A stretch of DNA of 64,000 nt from Oculatellaceae cyanobacterium bins.114 (lineage in GTDB: Bacteria; Cyanobacteriota; Cyanobacteriia; Elainellales; Elainellaceae): assembly GCA_033764315.1 (NCBI GenBank), contig JANRJA010000212.1, positions 14,829 to 78,828 of the forward strand. The letters are read 5' to 3'. Under the pieces are notes generated by a model. The model worked only from the letters and a program-made list of their open reading frames with translations. It was not told the DNA's origin and searched no databases. Position numbers and translations under genes: made by a program. This document shows, in pieces, positions 20,149 through 30,246 of the stretch; position 1 is the first letter of the stretch; every line of letters starts with the position of its first letter.

Positions 20149-20304
20149 CTGTCTGTCCTGCCTGTAAAAACTTGACGCATCGCGCGTTACGGTGCTTTCA
20201 ATGCGATCGAACCCGGCGATTTGAGCGTTATGTGTGCAAATTGGAGTAGATCCAGAATGACATAACTTTTCCCCATCGTTGCTAAAGCACAGGTTAAATA
20301 GAGC

Positions 20305-20335
20305 AATAAACCCCCAGCACTGCCAGGGGTTTGTT
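20305..20335 (-). terminator. Probable terminator of the 20364-20678 gene
   Basis: AATAAACCCC...GGGGTTTGTT hairpin downstream of the stop. Confidence 0.5.
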
Positions 20336-20363
20336 CAGCAAGATGGGTGATGCTGATCAAGAT

Positions 20364-20678
20364 TCATGAGCGAGAGTCAGCATTGCCACGGTAACGTTGC
20401 TCAATCCAAATTCGCACTTCCATTTCCGAGAGCAAGCGAACGGTTTGTTGAGTGATTGGATCGTACACATTCCACCAAGCCTCACCCGACCGATTTTGGG
20501 TCTGCCAAATCTGAAGTTCAGAACCGTGCGATAAAAAAGCGAGGAGCTGTTGTCCGAGGGTCTTAAGAACTGACAACGCCGCAGAACCGATGGATTTGAC
20601 CTGTTTTGCCGGATTGAAGAGAGATTCCGGTTTTTGAGTCGGATGAATTCCATTCATCCGCTGTTCATAGGTTGCCAT
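20364..20678 (-). CDS. Hypothetical protein of a cyanobacterial type
   Basis: ATG with GAGG SD; E-x-QIWQ...G...W.VYDP.T...SE.EVRIWIEQRY pattern. Confidence 0.75.
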   Translation of the reverse strand: MATYEQRMNGIHPTQKPESLFNPAKQVKSIGSAALSVLKTLGQQLLAFLSHGSELQIWQTQNRSGEAWWNVYDPITQQTVRLLSEMEVRIWIEQRYRGNADSRS

Positions 20679-20851
20679 TTGAATGACCTCTAAAGCGATT
20701 CAGTATGTGAGTGAAAGCTTTTTCTACTCACATTCTTAGAATACCCATCGCACTTAATAACACACTTCACCTGGCTGATTCATCCAATGGAATGAGAATC
20801 AATCGGTCTAGAGATATTTGACTTGGTGTTTGGTCTCAAACGTGCCTTTTA

Positions 20852-20952
20852 TACCCATTTAAATTGACTTTGCGGCACATGACTTCGCAGGGGCATTTTG
20901 CGAAACGTCCCTGCAACAATATTCATGGGTAGCCCAAATTTCTAGAAATGGG
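20852..20952. mobile_element. Miniature element with REP-like core, copy 2 (TACCCATTT...AAATGGG ends)
   Basis: Terminal inverted repeat CCCATTT/AAATGGG; the right two-thirds match 17556-17622. Confidence 0.75.
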
Positions 20953-20996
20953 ATTGCGAGGATACAAAAGACAGATATTGCTGGTTTTGTTAAAGC

Positions 20997-21389
20997 TTAC
21001 TGAAAATCGTTTATGGCATTGGAAATTTCTAGCAGATTGCCATCGGGATCGCGAATATAGAGGGAAGCGATCGCCCCTAAAGCCCCAGTGCGGGTGACAA
21101 TTCCCTGCTCGATGACAATTCCCAACGACTGAAGATGCTCTACTACTTGCTCTAGCGGAGTGGCCGTGATGAAACACAAATCGGCTGATCCCGATGTGGG
21201 ATACAACGCTTTGGGTTCAAACTCTTTGCCGACCTGGTGCAGATTAATTTTGTGTTGCCCAAATTGTAGAGCTTTGCGATCGCCCCCAAAAGTAACAACC
21301 TGCATCCCCAATGCCCGAGTATAAAAATCGCAGGTGGCTGGGATATCTTGAACGGTTAACACAAGATGATCGAGGCGATCGATATGCAT
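20997..21389 (-). CDS. VOC / glyoxalase family protein
   Basis: LDHLVLTV...FY...LGM, GSADLCF, YIRDPDGNLLEI. Confidence 0.93.
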   Translation of the reverse strand: MHIDRLDHLVLTVQDIPATCDFYTRALGMQVVTFGGDRKALQFGQHKINLHQVGKEFEPKALYPTSGSADLCFITATPLEQVVEHLQSLGIVIEQGIVTRTGALGAIASLYIRDPDGNLLEISNAINDFQ

Positions 21390-21395
21390 GGGTTC

Positions 21396-22361
21396 TTACG
21401 CTGCAAACTCCCACATGACGGGATTGCTATCTAAATGATCAGTGACGGTACGCCCGATCGCGCTAATCTCTGCTAAATCATCAGAGGAGAGGTTAATATC
21501 TGCGGCCTTAACATTTTGCAGGGCTTGCTCAGCGTTGCGTGCTCCGGCGATCGCACAGGTCTGAGGCTGAGCAATTAGCCATGCTAAAGCCAGTTGCGCC
21601 AGGGTGCATTGATGCCGCTCGGCGATAGGACGTAAACGGCTCAGAGCGGCCTGTGCCCGCTCATAGTTTTGTCCCTTAAAGAGTTTGTTTTTAGCCCGAA
21701 CGTCGCCTTCTTGAAACTGGTGATCGGGTTTAAACTTGCCTGTCAACAATCCTTGTGCCAGCGGTGAGTAAGCCAAAATTGAGATATTGTTCTCAACGCA
21801 GTAGGGCATTGCATCCGTTTCAACACCACGCCAAAACAGGTTATAGGGCGGTTGCAGGCTAGCAATCTGTCCATATTGCGAGGCTTCAGCGAGTTGGTTG
21901 CCAGAGAAGTTAGAAACCCCGATCGCCCGAATTTTGCCTTGATCCTGGAGTTTGTTAAGAGCTTCCATCGTTTCCCCAATAGGCACTAGCTCATTGTTAA
22001 AGCTGCCAGCAGGCCAGTGGATTTGATAAAGGTCGATATACTCGGTGTTTAAGTGCTGCAAGGAGCGATCGCACGCCTCTAACACCTGGTCATATTTCAA
22101 ATGATTGGCAAACACTTTGGTAGCAAGCACGACTTGGTCGCGCACATCGCTTAACGCCTTTGCCACAATCTGCTCTGAATACCCATTTCCGTAAACTTCG
22201 GCGGTATCAAAAGTGGTAATTCCAGCATCAAACGCAGCTTTTAGAGCACTGATAATGTCATCATCTTCGATCCCAACCCAACCCCCTTTACCCGCCTGCC
22301 AGGTGCCCATAATGATTGGAGTGATTGCGATTCCTGATTTACCCAAGGTTCGTTTTTCCAT
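21396..22361 (-). CDS. Aldo/keto reductase
   Basis: MEKRTLG start, FDTAEVYG, ATK, DLYQIHWP, IGVSNF, YSPLAQGLLTGK. Confidence 0.95.
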   Translation of the reverse strand: MEKRTLGKSGIAITPIIMGTWQAGKGGWVGIEDDDIISALKAAFDAGITTFDTAEVYGNGYSEQIVAKALSDVRDQVVLATKVFANHLKYDQVLEACDRSLQHLNTEYIDLYQIHWPAGSFNNELVPIGETMEALNKLQDQGKIRAIGVSNFSGNQLAEASQYGQIASLQPPYNLFWRGVETDAMPYCVENNISILAYSPLAQGLLTGKFKPDHQFQEGDVRAKNKLFKGQNYERAQAALSRLRPIAERHQCTLAQLALAWLIAQPQTCAIAGARNAEQALQNVKAADINLSSDDLAEISAIGRTVTDHLDSNPVMWEFAA

Positions 22362-22490
22362 ACTGATGCCTGATCGCAACACATAAACGGTAACAAATTT
22401 GCGCAGAAGGGAAACCTGACTTGGGTAGACATTGAGCAAATTTGCCCCTACAGTTTGCAGCAGTGGGCACGATGAGGAGTAGTGAGGAGT

Positions 22491-23210
22491 ATGCAACCAC
22501 TGATTATTGCTCACCGAGGAGCATCCGCCTACACAAAGGAAAACACCCTGATTTCTTTTGACAAGGCGATCGCCCTTGGTGCAGATATGGTCGAGTTCGA
22601 TATCAGACGCACCCGTGATCGAGTGTTAATCATTCATCACGATGCTGAAATCAATCAAAAACCGATTCGTCAATTAACCTATGCTCAAATTCGAGCGGTC
22701 GATCCCGATATTCCAACCCTGGAAGAGGCGATCGCCCTATGTCAAGGTCGGGTGCGGCTCGATGTAGAGCTAAAAGAGGCAGGTTACGAAAAACGAGTCG
22801 TTGAGCTGCTATCACACCACTTTCCTAGAGACAAATTTGTCATCACCTCGTTTCACCCCTTCGCCATCAACACCGTCAAACGCCTTTACCCCGACATTAA
22901 GACGGGGTTTTTATTTGGTTATGGAACGGTAGATTTCTGCCGCTCATTTTGGTTTAATTCTAAGTCCGTGAGCGATCGCATTCGAGAAATGAGAGCTGAT
23001 TTTATTGCCCCTCATTGGGAGCTTTTAGAAACCGATCTGCTCTCTAGAGTCGTCACCGGAAACATGCCTATCTGGGTCTGGACAGTAAACGAAGCCCCTG
23101 TGATGGAGCGGTTGCTGACAGACCCCCGCATAGAGGGGATCATTACTGACAAACCTGATCTAGGAGTGCAAATGCGCCAAAGAGCATTGGCATATCCAGA
23201 ATTGGTTTGA
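22491..23210 (+). CDS. Glycerophosphodiester phosphodiesterase family protein
   Basis: IIAHRGAS, ENT, EFD, HHD, VELK, WTVN, IITD. Confidence 0.93.
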   Translation: MQPLIIAHRGASAYTKENTLISFDKAIALGADMVEFDIRRTRDRVLIIHHDAEINQKPIRQLTYAQIRAVDPDIPTLEEAIALCQGRVRLDVELKEAGYEKRVVELLSHHFPRDKFVITSFHPFAINTVKRLYPDIKTGFLFGYGTVDFCRSFWFNSKSVSDRIREMRADFIAPHWELLETDLLSRVVTGNMPIWVWTVNEAPVMERLLTDPRIEGIITDKPDLGVQMRQRALAYPELV

Positions 23211-23284
23211 AATCAGAAAAGCTAACGGATGAACACTCAAAGATCCATCAGACGTGACAGGTAAGCCCGGATTGTCCAACCCAC

Positions 23285-23320
23285 CTTCATGGCACATCTT
23301 CATGGCGCATCTTCATGACG
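23285..23320. repeat. 13-bp tandem repeat, about 3 copies
   Basis: CTTCATGGCACAT CTTCATGGCGCAT CTTCATGACG. Confidence 0.7.
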
Positions 23321-23449
23321 TAGGTTCAACAGGTGGGTGCAACATTCGGGCTAGTGCGGGCATTGTGCCCGCATACCTTTTTCAGTGGGGATCAAACCCT
23401 TCGTTTATCAACTAGCCTTCATTCTTAACCTTTATCCCTTATGGGCTGA

Positions 23450-24433
23450 TCAACAACTCACAACCCGATTGCGTCCTTGCGATTTAGCAGTGAGAAGATT
23501 GTGATCAGCCCGTCTTAGCATGCTAGTGCCCCTGACATCATCGTCTGGGAGGAGAGAAGCCGTTCCAGCACTGACGGTGATGCGCAGATCGAGAGTTTCA
23601 TCAATGACAAAAGGTTGCTCCGCAATCAGACGGCAGAGCCGACGAGCAACGAGGTTAGCTTCAGTGCAATCTGTTTCACTGAGAATAATGACAAATTCTT
23701 CGCCGCCATAGCGAAAAGGCGTGTCATAAAATCGCAAGTTGTGGCGTAGACGAGTGGCAATGAGTTGCAGGGCACGATCGCCCACAAGATGCCCATAGGT
23801 GTCGTTAATAGTCTTGAAAAAATCTACATCCAACATCATCAAGCTGATGGGCAGATCGCGTGAACGGGCATTGTTGATTTGACGGGGCAACTCCCATTCA
23901 AAAGCGCGGCGATTATTTAACTCGGTGAGTGGGTCAGACAGGGCGATCGCCGACAACACATCATTAGCTCGCATGAGCTCTCGATGATTGTGAACGCGCC
24001 GCAACCCAACCTGAACATGCGCTTGCAACAGTCGAATAAATGGCTTTTGCGTCTCAAGTTGAGATAATTGAGACGCGAATTGAGGAAATTGGGTTAACAG
24101 ATAAGCATCGGCTCCAGCATCAAGGGCCTTAATTTCGCTTTCAAGCGATCGCTGCATCTGAAGCGTTGGATCGACCTCAAACTTACAATCTTCTAGAACG
24201 ATGCAGTAAATCCACGACAAGCGACTTTGTTCTTTAATTTGATGGCACAAAGCAAAACTGTCCGGTTGATTGGCTTGCAATATCAATAAATCAGGTTGTT
24301 GAGCCTGAATCAGAGGTACTGCTTCCGCAGGATTGCTAGCAACTTCGATGGTAGAGGCGGTGATATCACGAATAGGTTCAAGAATAGTCGCGAGAAAGAG
24401 CTCGCACCCAACAAGAAGAATAGAAGCATCCAT
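23450..24433 (-). CDS. Diguanylate cyclase with N-terminal pseudo-receiver domain
   Basis: DPLTEL.NRR, DVDFFK.IND.YGH..GD, RxxD I-site (RFYD), RYGGEEF. Confidence 0.92.
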   Translation of the reverse strand: MDASILLVGCELFLATILEPIRDITASTIEVASNPAEAVPLIQAQQPDLLILQANQPDSFALCHQIKEQSRLSWIYCIVLEDCKFEVDPTLQMQRSLESEIKALDAGADAYLLTQFPQFASQLSQLETQKPFIRLLQAHVQVGLRRVHNHRELMRANDVLSAIALSDPLTELNNRRAFEWELPRQINNARSRDLPISLMMLDVDFFKTINDTYGHLVGDRALQLIATRLRHNLRFYDTPFRYGGEEFVIILSETDCTEANLVARRLCRLIAEQPFVIDETLDLRITVSAGTASLLPDDDVRGTSMLRRADHNLLTAKSQGRNRVVSC

Positions 24434-24752
24434 TGATAGCGAAGGAGCTTGCTGTAGTAATTTTTATCTCGTTAAGATAAATTTATTTTTTGGAGATCCT
24501 CAGCCATATCAACAAACTTAACCGTTTTTGCCGGCTTTAATTTGATGTAAAGCATTTTGTATCTCAAGTTTACCCAGGTCTAGATTGGCTACACACATAT
24601 TGAGGTGAATTCCTTACCGTGTAACCTTTCCAACTCTTTATTGGCAGATTGGAACGATCGTAATTGCTTAAATGGTGATGATATCACCGGATTTTGTCGA
24701 ATCCTGCGGCATGATTGAGAATAGAATAAGCGTGCAATTCAGTAAAAACTCC

Positions 24753-27380
24753 ATGTCCACTCCCCTTAGCGGCGCTCAGATCCGACAAACATTCCTGGAT
24801 TTTTATGCAGCCAGAGGGCATCAAATTTTGCCCAGTGCTTCGTTGGTGCCTGAAGACCCAACCGTACTGTTGACGATCGCAGGTATGTTGCCGTTTAAGC
24901 CCATCTTTTTGGGACAGCGCACTGCCGAATTTCAACGAGCAACTAGCTCACAAAAATGTATTCGCACCAACGACATTGAGAATGTGGGTCGCACGGCGAG
25001 ACACCAGACTTTTTTTGAGATGCTGGGTAACTTCAGCTTTGGCGATTATTTCAAAGAGAAGGCGATCGCTTGGGCATGGGAGTTGTCTACTCAGGTGTTT
25101 CAGTTGCCTGCCGAACAGTTGGTTGTCAGTGTTTTTCGGGAAGATGACGAAGCATTTGCGATTTGGCGCGACCAGATCGGTGTGCCTGTTGCTCGCATCA
25201 AACGCATGGATGAGGCCGATAACTTTTGGGTATCGGGGCCAACGGGTCCCTGTGGGCCGTGTTCGGAGATTTACTATGACTTTCACCCAGAGCGGGGCGA
25301 TGACACCATCGACTTAGAAGACGACACGCGCTTCATTGAGTTTTATAACCTGGTGTTCATGCAATACAACCGGGATGTTGATGGTAAGCTCACTCCCTTG
25401 CAAGCCCAAAATATTGATACGGGCATGGGGTTAGAGCGCATTACCCAGATTTTGCAAAAGGTGCCGAATAACTTTGAGACTGATCTGATCTTGCCGATTG
25501 TCAAAACGGCGGCCAGTCTAGCAGGGATTGATTACTTCAAAGCCGATGAGACGACCCAAGTGTCGCTCAAGGTAATTGGCGATCACGTTCGTGCGGTCAT
25601 GCACATGATTGCCGATGGTATTATGGCGTCCAATTTAGGACGGGGCTATGTACTGCGGCGGTTGATTCGGCGGGCAGTGCGTCATGGTCGTCTGATTGGC
25701 ATCGATCGCCCGTTTATGACTGAGGTGGCAGAAACAGCGATCGCCCTCAACGAGGAAGCTTATCCCAATGTGCGTCAGCGTGAAGTGGCGATTAAAGCCG
25801 AGTTGCAACTTGAAGAAGCCCGGTTCTTAGAAACCCTCGATCGGGGTGAAAAGCTGTTGGCAGATATTTTGGCGAAAGTCGGCAAAGCCGGAGAGATTTC
25901 GGGACGCGATGCTTTCATTCTCTATGACACTTATGGCTTTCCGTTGGAGTTGACCCAGGAAATTGCTGAAGAGAAAGGGTTAACCGTAGATGCGGCTGGG
26001 TTTGAAGCTGAGATGGAGCAACAACGACAGCGATCGCAAGCGGCACACGAAACCATCGACCTGACGGTGCAGGGGTCACTCGACAAATTAGCGGAGCACT
26101 TACACGAAACCAGTTTTTTGGGCTACAACCAGGCATCCAGTCCAGCCGAGGTGAAGTTGCTGCTGGTGGCAGGTCAACCCGTAGATAGTGCTGAGGCGGG
26201 AACCGCGGTTCAAATTGCGCTCGATCAAACCCCTTTTTATGCCGAATCTGGGGGACAAGTTGGCGATCGCGGCTATCTCTCAGGGGCTGATGTGGTCGTT
26301 CGAGTGGAAGATGTCAAAAAGGAAGGGGCTATCTTCGTTCACTTTGGGCGAATTGAGCGGGGCACCTTAAACCTGGGCGATCGCGTCACAGCCCAGATCG
26401 ACCTGTCGTGTCGGCGTCGAGCCCAAGCAAACCATACCGCAACACACCTGTTGCAAGCCGCACTCAAGCAATTGATTGACCCCAACATCAGCCAGCAGGG
26501 GTCACTGGTCGCCTTTGACCGGATGCGGTTTGACTTTAACTTCTCACGGGCACTCACCGCTGAAGAGTTGGAGCAGATCGAAGAGCAGATCAACACCTGG
26601 ATTGCCGAAGCTCACACAGCTCACATCGAAGTGATGCCGATCGCGGAGGCAAAAGCCAAAGGAGCCACGGCTATGTTTGGTGAAAAATATGGCGATGAGG
26701 TGCGGGTGATCGACTTCGCGGGTGTGTCGATGGAGTTGTGTGGTGGCACCCACGTCAGCAACACGGCTGAAATTGGCTTGTTCAAAATCATTTCTGAAAC
26801 TGGAGTAGCCGCAGGCATTCGGCGAATTGAAGGGGTCGCAGGTCCAGCCGTGCTGGAATATCTCAACGTGCGCGATCGCGTCGTGCGAGAGTTGAGCGAT
26901 CGCTTTAAGGCGAAACCAGAGGAAGTGCTCGATCGGGTTACTTCCTTGCAAACCGAGTTGAAAACAACCCAAAAACAACTGGAGCAACTCAAATCAGAAC
27001 TGGCGATCGCCAAGTCAGATCAGTTACTTGAACAGGCCGAAGCCGTGGGTGGCTTCAAGATTTTGGTGGCCCATATGGAAGGGGTCGATGCAGATTCTCT
27101 GAAAACAGCTGCCGAACGACTCTTGCAAAAACTGGGAGACGGAGCAGTCGTGTTAGGTTCTGTGCCCGAACCCGAAAAAGTCAGTCTGGTGGCTGCCTTT
27201 AGCAAAGGGGTCAACGACAAAGGACTGCAAGCAGGGAAATTTATTGGGGCGATCGCCAAGCTGTGTGGCGGTGGCGGTGGCGGTCGTCCGAACTTTGCCC
27301 AGGCAGGAGGACGCGATGCCAGCAAGCTACCAGAAGCCTTGGAAAAAGCTCATCAAGATTTGCTCACAACTTTGAGCTAG
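24753..27380 (+). CDS. alaS: Alanine--tRNA ligase
   Basis: [30 protein letters not shown], HxxxH (HTATH), ELCGGTH and C-Ala GGGGGG; start moved to MSTPLSG. Confidence 0.98.
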   Translation: MSTPLSGAQIRQTFLDFYAARGHQILPSASLVPEDPTVLLTIAGMLPFKPIFLGQRTAEFQRATSSQKCIRTNDIENVGRTARHQTFFEMLGNFSFGDYFKEKAIAWAWELSTQVFQLPAEQLVVSVFREDDEAFAIWRDQIGVPVARIKRMDEADNFWVSGPTGPCGPCSEIYYDFHPERGDDTIDLEDDTRFIEFYNLVFMQYNRDVDGKLTPLQAQNIDTGMGLERITQILQKVPNNFETDLILPIVKTAASLAGIDYFKADETTQVSLKVIGDHVRAVMHMIADGIMASNLGRGYVLRRLIRRAVRHGRLIGIDRPFMTEVAETAIALNEEAYPNVRQREVAIKAELQLEEARFLETLDRGEKLLADILAKVGKAGEISGRDAFILYDTYGFPLELTQEIAEEKGLTVDAAGFEAEMEQQRQRSQAAHETIDLTVQGSLDKLAEHLHETSFLGYNQASSPAEVKLLLVAGQPVDSAEAGTAVQIALDQTPFYAESGGQVGDRGYLSGADVVVRVEDVKKEGAIFVHFGRIERGTLNLGDRVTAQIDLSCRRRAQANHTATHLLQAALKQLIDPNISQQGSLVAFDRMRFDFNFSRALTAEELEQIEEQINTWIAEAHTAHIEVMPIAEAKAKGATAMFGEKYGDEVRVIDFAGVSMELCGGTHVSNTAEIGLFKIISETGVAAGIRRIEGVAGPAVLEYLNVRDRVVRELSDRFKAKPEEVLDRVTSLQTELKTTQKQLEQLKSELAIAKSDQLLEQAEAVGGFKILVAHMEGVDADSLKTAAERLLQKLGDGAVVLGSVPEPEKVSLVAAFSKGVNDKGLQAGKFIGAIAKLCGGGGGGRPNFAQAGGRDASKLPEALEKAHQDLLTTLS

Positions 27381-27395
27381 AACCGCCATTTTTAA

Positions 27396-27538
27396 TGAGT
27401 ACTGAATGCAAGTATGATTTCCCTCATCCTCAGCCCTTCTCCTCAAGGAGAAGGGAGCTAAAATCTGGTTCCCTCGCTCTTTAGGAGAAGGTTAGGGTGA
27501 GGGCTGATTGGCAATTCATATCTCTGTTTAGCAACACC
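27396..27538. mobile_element. Miniature element with CCCTCATCC...AGGGTGAGGG / CCCTTCTCC-GGAGAAGGG core
   Basis: Imperfect terminal inverted repeats (CTGAATGCAAGTATGA / TCATATCTCTGTTTAGCAACACC) around nested hairpins. Confidence 0.6.
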
Positions 27539-27550
27539 AATTTCTCCATA

Positions 27551-27639
27551 TAGCGATCCTAAATGAGTTATGAGATTGGCAGGTTGTGAGAGGCGCACTC
27601 CTCCAGAGTGCGCCTCTCACAACCCATTTGGGATTGCTA
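27551..27639. mobile_element. Miniature inverted-repeat element flanked by TA
   Basis: TIR TAGCGATCCTAAATGAGTT vs TAGCAATCCCAAATGGGTT; long core hairpin GGTTGTGAGAGGCGCACTC...GAGTGCGCCTCTCACAACC. Confidence 0.85.
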
Positions 27640-27650
27640 TAGCAATCTCT

Positions 27651-29444
27651 TTACTCTAACGGTTGCTTTACCCGAATCAACTCATAGGCACCGGATTGTT
27701 GAAGAGTGGTAAATTCGTCTGGTTGCAAGTTCAATTCCTTCAACTTGCGAGGCAACCCCACCACCAAAACTGAGGTTGGGACATTGCGGCGAAATCGGTA
27801 GGGACGACGCAACCAGGTCGCTAGATTTTCGGTGTGGATCACATAGGTGATGGGTAACTGGGTGTAAAACACCAAGCTGGGTTTGGGAAAGCCAACCATA
27901 ATCAGCTGCTCGGTTGGTTGCTTTTGCTGGATCGCGATCGCCGCTAGTTGTCGTAGGGGAAGTTGTCGTTGAGCATCAATCAAACTCATAAACGGCATCG
28001 CTGTGAACAACATGAACAGAGCGATCGCCGCAATGTTTACTAACCACAGCCACCGCCCCTGCTGCCGCAACAGGAGGATCAGTTGGACTAGTGCCGCGAT
28101 CGCCAAAATCACAGCCCCCCCGATGAGGATGCCCGACTGCTGCGCGATCGCTGGAAAATTTGGCATTGCCGGATCGCCCGACAACCATTGAGGACTAACG
28201 GCAATGCCAACTGCCAAAATTGCCAAAAACCCAATCGTGAACAGGCTGCTAATCCACACTCCCCGACTCAGGTGTAAACGTCCCATTGCTTCGCCCCACA
28301 GCATCGCCACCAACATCGCTGCCGCTGGAATGAGGGGAAGGACATAGCTAGGAAGCTTGGTTTCAGCAATCGTAAAGAAGCCAAACACAGCTATAAACCA
28401 ACTCAGCGCAAACACACTTAAATGAGCCGTGCGAGGCTGTTGTCGCCAGTAAGATGATCGCCAAACCCGCAACCGTGCGATCGCCGCTGGCAAATAAATC
28501 GACCAGGGGGCAAACCCCACTAACACCACACCGAAATAGAAGAACCAGGGTGCTTTGTGGTTATTGACTGCCCGGGTAAATCGCTGAAAGTTGTGATAGC
28601 CAAAAAAGGCATCGATAAAAGCATCGCCATTTGCTAACGTCACGAGGATATACCACGGCAGTGTCAACCCCAAGAAGATCAACGCTCCCTGCCACAGCCG
28701 CATCTCTCGCAACACAGCTCGAAATTGACCGACGTAGACCAAAAATAGGGCGATCGCCAACCCCGGCAATACCACCCCAATGGGCCCTTTAGTCAACACC
28801 GCCAACGCCAGCAGCCCATAAAACGCCAAGTACCAACGAGGCTTTGCCTGAGAGTCAGATGGCTCTGTATAGCCCCAAAAAAACGCCATTAGTGCCATCC
28901 CGACACACCCACTCAAGAGCATGTCAGACACACCCGTCCTCGCCCAGAGAATCGTTTGCAGATTAAACGCCATCAATGCAGCACCCATCCAAGCGACCAG
29001 CCATCGCTGTTGATGAGGTTGCAGTCGGGTTGATTCAACGGCATCAGCCGAAAACTGTGGCAAAACGGCAAACCGCTGAAGCGTCAGGAACCCAAATACG
29101 GTGAGGGCGATCGCTGAGAGGGCTGAGGGCAAGCGTACTGCCCATTCATTCACACCTATCAGGTGATAGGCGATCGCCATTAGCCAATAAATCAGCGGCG
29201 GTTTGTCAAAGCGGGTTGCCCCGTTGAAATAAGGTGTCACCCAATCTCCGGTGACAGTCATTTGTCGCGCCGCCTCAGCAAACAACGGCTCGGTTTCATC
29301 CACTAACCCAGTAGTGCCCAACTGCCACACAAAGGCAATGCCACATGCCAACCCCACCCAGACGATTGAAAAGAGCCACAACCGGATCGGTCGTTTTTCA
29401 AAAGATTGCAGGAGAGAGCGCAAGGAATACGTGGGAGAGTTCAT
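27651..29444 (-). CDS. ArnT/PMT-family (GT-C) membrane glycosyltransferase
   Basis: DETEPLFAEAARQM...GDWVTP...FDKPPL, LTKGP, TKLPSY; many TM helices; start moved to MNSPTY. Confidence 0.92.
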   Translation of the reverse strand: MNSPTYSLRSLLQSFEKRPIRLWLFSIVWVGLACGIAFVWQLGTTGLVDETEPLFAEAARQMTVTGDWVTPYFNGATRFDKPPLIYWLMAIAYHLIGVNEWAVRLPSALSAIALTVFGFLTLQRFAVLPQFSADAVESTRLQPHQQRWLVAWMGAALMAFNLQTILWARTGVSDMLLSGCVGMALMAFFWGYTEPSDSQAKPRWYLAFYGLLALAVLTKGPIGVVLPGLAIALFLVYVGQFRAVLREMRLWQGALIFLGLTLPWYILVTLANGDAFIDAFFGYHNFQRFTRAVNNHKAPWFFYFGVVLVGFAPWSIYLPAAIARLRVWRSSYWRQQPRTAHLSVFALSWFIAVFGFFTIAETKLPSYVLPLIPAAAMLVAMLWGEAMGRLHLSRGVWISSLFTIGFLAILAVGIAVSPQWLSGDPAMPNFPAIAQQSGILIGGAVILAIAALVQLILLLRQQGRWLWLVNIAAIALFMLFTAMPFMSLIDAQRQLPLRQLAAIAIQQKQPTEQLIMVGFPKPSLVFYTQLPITYVIHTENLATWLRRPYRFRRNVPTSVLVVGLPRKLKELNLQPDEFTTLQQSGAYELIRVKQPLE

Positions 29445-29492
29445 CAAACCGTGGTGGCAGAAGCCGAGAGTCAAGATAATCCAGACCCTACT

Positions 29493-29978
29493 TTACTTCA
29501 AGACCGAAGACAGAGGGAAGTAGAAAAAGCCATCATCTTTCGCTCGCATCCCTTCTGCAAAAGCACCACTAAAGCAGCAATCTAAAATTACAACTTGCCG
29601 CTTTGAATGTGACCGATTCATGATTGTATGAATCGCACTAGCTGCGACCGCTGTTGTAATGATTAGCTTTCCAGAAGTATTTTTCTGTGTATTGGGCGTA
29701 GCTAGATAAAGATTGCCAGTATCATCTTTGATGCTGTGTCCAGAAAAATAAAGAAGCCCCAAATCATCCCGATCTAACTCAGAAAATAATGCTTCAATAG
29801 CTTGTTCTATTGTTTGACGATCTGGGTTTTTTAAAGCCTTCGTTTGATCGAACGCACCCATCTCAGGATCATCGAGAATCCGTTGGATTGCATCTACATC
29901 CCTAGAAGCTCCAGGCAGTGACGTTAGACCAGAAGCATATTCACTCACTCCAACTAGCAGGGCATTTTTTTTGCTCAT
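29493..29978 (-). pseudogene. Truncated caspase-like (peptidase C14) gene
   Basis: ALLVGVSEY, YFSGHS and ILDCCFSG motifs; the ORF ends about 25 aa after the catalytic Cys with an unrelated-looking tail. Confidence 0.6.
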
Positions 29979-30246
29979 GGGGTGGTTCAGATAGATGCAA
30001 TAGCAATTACGTTATCAACCAAACTTCAATCACTATCATCCAAAACCCAAATTGCTGCTAAGCAACTTAGTTAAAAAAGAGGCTCAAAATCCTATATTAA
30101 GAGACTAATACCGTGCCAATATGAGGGGTAACACCCCCCAATGTTGCCTACTTTTCACTTCTCTAAAAGAAATCTATGGGATACCAGTTGAAAAGAATTT
30201 TGGGTTTATTATGGCGATCCTGAAGCTGTGTCAATGAAGTACGTGC

